IMG/VR virus record: IMGVR_UViG_3300017766_004071
Span: 1-64,000 of that record
Length of the DNA: 64,000 nucleotides
Strand: one strand, 5' to 3'
Source: an uncultured virus (IMG/VR IMGVR_UViG_3300017766_004071)
Lineage: Duplodnaviria > Heunggongvirae > Uroviricota > Caudoviricetes
The translations under genes were made by a program, and so were the position numbers. Positions 59,157 to 64,000 of the stretch are shown one piece after another. Within the stretch, counting starts at the first letter, position 1; the number at the start of each line of letters is the position of its first letter. The notes under the pieces were generated by a model, which was given only the letters and a program-made list of their open reading frames with translations, did no database searches and was not told the DNA's origin.

Positions 59157-59384
59157 ATGGTTAATGTAAAAATTGGTGAATTTAAGGTTGGTGATAAGTT
59201 GTTTATTGATTATAGTGAAGATAATCCAAACAATAAACACATCGAAATTAGAGCAATTGTGGATATGGAGGTGGTGATTTATTTGGATGACAAAAATAAC
59301 TACCATATGGAACCAATTCATTACTTCAATGTGTTATGTAGATGTCACTCACTTAAAAAAATAACAAATGAAACGGACAATTAG
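59157..59384 (+). CDS. Hypothetical protein
   Basis: ORF track. Confidence 0.6.
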   Translation: MVNVKIGEFKVGDKLFIDYSEDNPNNKHIEIRAIVDMEVVIYLDDKNNYHMEPIHYFNVLCRCHSLKKITNETDN

Positions 59385-59523
59385 AAAACCAAGTTCTGCA
59401 AAGTTTTATGAAATGCTTAGAAATAAGTACAACAACTACATTAAGAAACAAGAAAATGAAATGGAAGATTCTACAAATTAGATTCCAACCTAAAAAATTT
59501 AATTAACAATATATAATTTTCAT

Positions 59524-60033
59524 ATGAAAAAAGAGTTTTTATTTAATGATAACATTATTGATTTTGAATTTGACGAAGTAATAGATAAAAAAATAAATGT
59601 TAAGGTATTTCACTATTTCAATAATAATCTTTTATTTGAAAAAATTGATGATAGAATAATTTGTCTTAAAGGTATTGGTAAATTATTCTTTCAAGAAGGA
59701 TTCCCAATTTCATTATCTATTTCAAAATTAAAAGAACAAGGGGTTGAGGTTAGTATATTACACGTTGCTGATGAATGTTTAAAAAATGGGTGGTCACCAA
59801 TCACAACATATAATAAATTAAAATCTGACTTTGAAGAAGATATTGACAAAGAAAATCATTATGATTTACATTTATTAAAAAAATTTTGTGAATCAAATTA
59901 TGAAGACCAAAGAGAAATGATATTTGAATATCTGTTTAAATGCAAAACTGATGATGTTAGAAATAAAAAAAATGAAAATCCAATAAATTGGTTACAATCA
60001 CTTGTAACTAGTGGGGCTAAAAATAAACTTTAA
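59524..60033 (+). CDS. Hypothetical protein with an AlaRS-like segment
   Basis: KLFFQEGFPISLS..GVEV resembles the AlaRS FKLYDTYGFPxDL segment; weak. Confidence 0.55.
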   Translation: MKKEFLFNDNIIDFEFDEVIDKKINVKVFHYFNNNLLFEKIDDRIICLKGIGKLFFQEGFPISLSISKLKEQGVEVSILHVADECLKNGWSPITTYNKLKSDFEEDIDKENHYDLHLLKKFCESNYEDQREMIFEYLFKCKTDDVRNKKNENPINWLQSLVTSGAKNKL

Positions 60034-60042
60034 CAAGAAAAT

Positions 60043-60117
60043 GACCCTGTAGCTTAGCTGGTTTAAAGCACAATACTTTTAATATTGGGAGCGGGAGTTC
60101 GAATCTCCCCAGGGTCA
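60043..60117 (+). tRNA. trnK: tRNA-Lys(TTT)
   Basis: GACCCTG/CAGGGTC; CAATA-CT TTT AA-TATTG. Confidence 0.9.
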
Positions 60118-60126
60118 CAACACAAT

Positions 60127-60211
60127 GTCCTTATGGTGTAATGGTTAAACATCCCACTCTTACAAAGTGGAGACGAGAAGTATAATCCTAGTTCGAATCT
60201 AGGTAAGGACA
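60127..60211 (+). tRNA. trnV: tRNA-Val(TAC) with enlarged variable region
   Basis: GTCCTTA/TAAGGAC; CCACT-CT TAC AA-AGTGG; 16-nt variable region. Confidence 0.8.
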
Positions 60212-60239
60212 CATTAAATGATTTTTAAAATATAAAAAA

Positions 60240-60488
60240 ATGAAAAAAATATTATTTCTTGGTTTGATATCTGTATTATTCCTTAGTTGCAAAAGAGAAG
60301 CTAAAGAAGAAATAGAAACAGATAATACTAATTATAGTGTTGAACTTCTATTTGAAGTTGATGGATGTAAAGTCTATCGATTTTTGGATGGTGAATTCCA
60401 TTATTTCACAACTTGTAATGGTTCTGTAACTCATAAAAGTAATGAAAAAAACTCCAAAGATTTGGAAATACAAACCGTTGTGAAATAA
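60240..60488 (+). CDS. Small lipoprotein (DUF4884-like)
   Basis: Lipobox LFLSC; LFEVDGCKVYRF. Confidence 0.75.
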   Translation: MKKILFLGLISVLFLSCKREAKEEIETDNTNYSVELLFEVDGCKVYRFLDGEFHYFTTCNGSVTHKSNEKNSKDLEIQTVVK

Positions 60489-60719
60489 AGATTTGAACAA
60501 TTAAGGGACCGAGCCTGCCTACAATTTCGGTGTGAGGTGCTAGTAGGTAATTGTTCTTTATGTTATAATAGTACCACGAGGCATCCCATAAGAACTGCTC
60601 ACTGCTGTGGTCTTGTTGCTTGTAAACGAATAGCCCAAGGTATAAGTTAGGAAGCTTAACTCAACCTATCCCCCACTGACGAGTGGGGTGAAGTTGGGGG
60701 ATTAAAAAAGAAACAATAG

Positions 60720-60805
60720 GGTCGGGTGGCCGAGTTGGTTAAGGCACTAGTCTGCAAAACTATCGAATGAAAAATTCATCGTGGGTTCAAATCCCTCCCC
60801 GACCT
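60720..60805 (+). tRNA. trnC: tRNA-Cys(GCA) with long variable arm
   Basis: GGTCGGG/CCCGACC+T; loop CT GCA AA; ATGAA/TTCAT variable stem. Confidence 0.82.
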
Positions 60806-60868
60806 CAAAAAAAAAGTTCAGTTAGTTATTTTTACTCATTTTGTTGATATTTATATATATATATATAT

Positions 60869-61618
60869 ATGAAATGGAATGATAACGATATTGAAAAATT
60901 AATTGATTTGGTTAATCAAGGATTAAAACCAAATAGTATTGCTGAAATTTTTGGGGTTACGTATAAAACGATAACTAATAAAATGTTTAGATTGGGTTTA
61001 CAAGTAGTTTATACAACAAATAAAACTTGTAAAAATTGTGGAAATACATTTGAGTCTTATTTAAGTAAAAACAAATTATTTTGTAATTCATCTTGTTCAA
61101 CAACGTTTAATAATAAAAAACGTAAACATAGTGAAGAAACTAAAAATAAAATATCAAAAACATTAAAAAGTAAACCAACTAAACCAACTAAGCCTACTAA
61201 ACCTAAAGTTGGTAAAATAAAAACTTGTAGGATTTGTAATAATAAAGTTATTGAAAAGTACAAAATTGTTTGTACTAATTGTAGGTTAGAGTATTATCAA
61301 TATTATAGACCTTCTTGTACTTTTCAATTTAATGTAAAGGATTATCCACAAGAATTTGATTTAATTTTAATTGAACAATATGGATGGTATTCTCCAACAA
61401 ATAAAAAAAATAATTTGGTTGGAGTCACAAAAGACCATAAATATTCAGTGATGGAAGGTTATAGAAATAAAATAGACCCTAATATTTTATCTCATCCAGC
61501 AAATTGTGAATTACTTTTATTTTCGGATAATTCGTCTAAAAATGGTAAATCGTCTTTAACATTAACCGAATTGCTTGAAAATATTGAAATTTGGAATAAG
61601 AAATACGGAAATATTTAA
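60869..61618 (+). CDS. Homing endonuclease-like protein (HTH, Zn fingers, NUMOD3-like, HNH-like C-terminus)
   Basis: CKNCG..FCNSSC, HSEETKNKISK, KDHKYS..HPANCELL..NSSK; inserted within the tRNA cluster. Confidence 0.7.
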   Translation: MKWNDNDIEKLIDLVNQGLKPNSIAEIFGVTYKTITNKMFRLGLQVVYTTNKTCKNCGNTFESYLSKNKLFCNSSCSTTFNNKKRKHSEETKNKISKTLKSKPTKPTKPTKPKVGKIKTCRICNNKVIEKYKIVCTNCRLEYYQYYRPSCTFQFNVKDYPQEFDLILIEQYGWYSPTNKKNNLVGVTKDHKYSVMEGYRNKIDPNILSHPANCELLLFSDNSSKNGKSSLTLTELLENIEIWNKKYGNI

Positions 61619-61646
61619 AAGTTATTATTATCTTTACAAAACATAT

Positions 61647-61721
61647 GGGAATGTAGCTCAATTGGATTAGAGTAGTGGATTCCAGACCCACAGGTTATAG
61701 GTTCGAGTCCTATCGTTCTCG
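61647..61721 (+). tRNA. trnW: tRNA-Trp(CCA)
   Basis: GGGAATG/CGTTCTC+G; GTGGA-TT CCA GA-CCCAC. Confidence 0.88.
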
Positions 61722-61752
61722 CAAATTTTATCAACAATTTAAAATACTTATT

Positions 61753-62064
61753 ATGGTAAGGGATTACATAATCGAAACATTAAAGAAAATCAAGGAACAC
61801 GATGAGAAGGTGCACAAGTTGTATGATATGGGAGTTGATTTACTTGACTTTAACAATACCACGTCCCAACTTGAGAAGTCTATTCCGACCATCCTCAGAA
61901 AAGAAAAAGACGAATCATACGGATGGATACAGGATTTAGTTGGTTGGTGGTTGTATGAAAATATTGAAAAAAAGATTTGGTATGATGAAATTGAAGTTAA
62001 TGTTGAAAGTGTCGAAGATTTTACCGACTATTTATTAAAAGAGTACAGCTCTATTAATGAATAA
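61753..62064 (+). CDS. Hypothetical protein
   Basis: The track start at 61675 lies inside tRNA-Trp; ATG 61753 preferred. Confidence 0.7.
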   Translation: MVRDYIIETLKKIKEHDEKVHKLYDMGVDLLDFNNTTSQLEKSIPTILRKEKDESYGWIQDLVGWWLYENIEKKIWYDEIEVNVESVEDFTDYLLKEYSSINE

Positions 62065-62075
62065 TCGTTTAAACT

Positions 62076-63413
62076 ATGAAAATTTTCTATTCAATTTTAC
62101 TAATCTTTTTACCTTTTTTAATTTATTCCCAAGGTCTTATAATAAATGAAATATCAAATGGTGATTCTGGAAACAGAGAATATTTTGAGTTAGTTGTTAT
62201 TGGCTCGACTTCAAACCCTACAATAAGTGTAGACTTGGGTGGATGGATAATAGATGATAATAATGGAGATTTTGAAGGTGTTTTAAGTGGGGTTGGTACA
62301 GCTCAAGGTCATATAAGAATTAAACCAGGATGTTTATCTAATGTAAAACCTGGGTCAATTATTTTAATTTATAATAGTGCTGATGTTAATCCCACTTTTG
62401 GGATAACTCCAGACCCATTAGATTTTGATGGTGATTGTGTTTATATTTTACCAATAAGTGATTTGTGTTTGGATAATACATCAAATTTACCAACAACAAC
62501 AAATCCATTGTATACTCCAGTTAGTTATACCGCAACAAGAATTTGGGATAGGATTGGATTTAGAAATGATGGTGATGCCGCACAAGTTAGAAGTCCAAAT
62601 GGTTTATTTTTTCACGGATTTTCATACGGGGATGTGTCAACCCCATTTCCCACTTTTCCATTTGGTGGTTCATCTTTTAATATTATAACAGGGAGTGGAT
62701 TACAAAGAAATTATTTTTTCAATAGTGGTAGTTTTGGAGCAAAAGTCAATTTCAGTAGAGGTGTTGCCCCAACAAATGAAACTCCAGGTCAACCAAATAA
62801 TGATGCCAATAGATATTTTATAAATTCATTAAGAATTGGGACTTATAATTATTCAAACTTATTAGACCCAATTAATATTGGTTCATCAACAACATTGGTT
62901 GATTGTGGGACAATATTACCAATTGGTATAATTGAATTTAAGGGAACAAAAATTAACGATAATGTCAATCTTCAATGGACGCTTGATAATGTCACAGAAG
63001 TCAATTATATTGAGTTGGAGAAGAGTTCAAATGGTTATGATTTCTATCCCATTTCTGAGATTTATCCTTATGATTTAACAATGAATTATATTGATGATTT
63101 GACTTACTCAGAAAATTATTATAGACTTAAAATTGTTGAATATAGTGGTGATATAACTTATAGTAATATTATTAATATCTCAAATAAAATTAACGATGAT
63201 GTATTAATATATCCCAATCCAACAAAAGATATATTGAATATAAAAACAATCAAAAATATTAATAGAATTTCACTATTTAATGAACTTGGGGTTGAATTTG
63301 TTATTGAGAATCCGACATCTCAAATTGATTTATCCTCATTGTCAAAAGGAATTTATATAGTTAAGATTAATATTGATGAGAATACAATTATTAAAAAAAT
63401 AATATTAATTTAA
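62076..63413 (+). CDS. Secreted protein with T9SS type A C-terminal sorting domain
   Basis: Signal peptide; LIINEI..E.FEL..DLGGWIIDD (lamin-tail-like); YYRLK..YSNI; IYPNPTKDILNI..IDLSSLSKGIYIVKI..KKI. Confidence 0.88.
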   Translation: MKIFYSILLIFLPFLIYSQGLIINEISNGDSGNREYFELVVIGSTSNPTISVDLGGWIIDDNNGDFEGVLSGVGTAQGHIRIKPGCLSNVKPGSIILIYNSADVNPTFGITPDPLDFDGDCVYILPISDLCLDNTSNLPTTTNPLYTPVSYTATRIWDRIGFRNDGDAAQVRSPNGLFFHGFSYGDVSTPFPTFPFGGSSFNIITGSGLQRNYFFNSGSFGAKVNFSRGVAPTNETPGQPNNDANRYFINSLRIGTYNYSNLLDPINIGSSTTLVDCGTILPIGIIEFKGTKINDNVNLQWTLDNVTEVNYIELEKSSNGYDFYPISEIYPYDLTMNYIDDLTYSENYYRLKIVEYSGDITYSNIINISNKINDDVLIYPNPTKDILNIKTIKNINRISLFNELGVEFVIENPTSQIDLSSLSKGIYIVKINIDENTIIKKIILI

Positions 63414-64000
63414 ATGGCTTATATTGAAGGTAATTTTTTCCCCTTAAAGGTATATGTTCGAAATGAATATCTATATCAAAATAAGAAGGGATTTGGTGAA
63501 TTTACTGAGGGTGTTATAATATCAATTAGATGTTTACCAGGACAAGCGGCACTATTCCAAGTATTATTTAATAATGGTGTTATGAGAGATAAACTTCCAT
63601 CTCACGCATTATTAACTGAACCAAAATTACCTGATGTTGATTTACCATTCCATTATCTTCAAATATGGAATTGTTTTTCATATAATTTCTCGGTACATCA
63701 TTTAAGTTATGTCTATGATACCAGAGTTTCAGTCTTTATGAAAGATAAGAAATGGTATGATGGAAGTTATTATGCCACAATAAATTGGGGTTCTAGTGAT
63801 TTGAATAGTGATTTTACCTTGGCTGAAGACCCAATGGAACATAAGTCACACCATATATTACTACTAGATAATGGCCAGATTGCCCTACAACCGAATAATA
63901 GGATAAGATGGTCAGAACCATCCTTTGTCACAAAATCTTTCCCTGAGAGACCTGATTATTTGGTTAATAAGGATTATTATAATTGTGAGGGTTATGATAA
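63414..64000 (+). CDS. Conserved phage hypothetical protein, 3' partial
   Basis: Open frame MAYIEGNFFPLKVYVRNEYLY..EHKSHH..NGQIALQPNNRI runs off the window; absent from the ORF track. Confidence 0.8.
   Translation, partial: MAYIEGNFFPLKVYVRNEYLYQNKKGFGEFTEGVIISIRCLPGQAALFQVLFNNGVMRDKLPSHALLTEPKLPDVDLPFHYLQIWNCFSYNFSVHHLSYVYDTRVSVFMKDKKWYDGSYYATINWGSSDLNSDFTLAEDPMEHKSHHILLLDNGQIALQPNNRIRWSEPSFVTKSFPERPDYLVNKDYYNCEGYD

Noticed and set aside
58798..59321. Minus-strand ORFs 58798..58986 and 59070..59321
   Set aside because: Antisense to tRNA genes and to a plus-strand ORF.
60672..60700. Hammerhead ribozyme from CTGACGA
   Set aside because: No stem II or GAAA core follows; the bases sit in a simple hairpin.
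1..64000. Bacterial chromosome or eukaryotic giant virus origin
   Set aside because: There are no housekeeping operons; dense small hypotheticals, peptidoglycan hydrolases and Bacteroidota promoters fit a large phage. Capsid and terminase genes are not in this window, so the call remains an inference.

Overview
Very AT-rich, gene-dense DNA with no core bacterial operons. It is best read as part of a jumbo/huge tailed phage infecting a Bacteroidota host: there are repeated TTTG-N19/20-TAnnTTTG promoters, a T9SS-sorted cargo protein, several peptidoglycan hydrolases, homing-type endonucleases and a tRNA cluster. Layout: (1) 0-6 kb, early-type hypotheticals with three tRNA-like RNAs. (2) 6.5-15.3 kb, two convergent arrays of proteins with shared N-terminal leaders (MNLQEQINRIQEMM..INE and MKIIISEEQL..IIE), five of them with 20-aa LRR-like repeats. 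(3) 15.3-17.9 kb, a mostly non-coding, repeat-rich zone where strand composition flips (candidate replication origin). (4) 18-52 kb, more leader-tagged genes, usually behind a TATTTAT motif, mixed with lysins, an FKBP, a metallophosphoesterase, a two-component system, a class II aaRS core, dnaK (split by one TGA) and an IMPDH/GMPR-family gene. (5) 53.9-61.7 kb, a DUF2828/TROVE-like vWA gene followed by three CAGCAA stem-loop RNAs, a leader peptide plus terminator, 12 recognisable tRNAs and many non-canonical tRNA-like RNAs. The most striking items are six tRNA scaffolds whose anticodon arm is replaced by variable inserts, two 77-nt Ile-anticodon RNAs with the anticodon arm and D-loop motif in swapped order, the DUF2828-linked RNA triplet, and the roughly 30-member leader-tagged protein family. 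All protein and RNA family calls are by eye from motifs; no database search or folding program was run.
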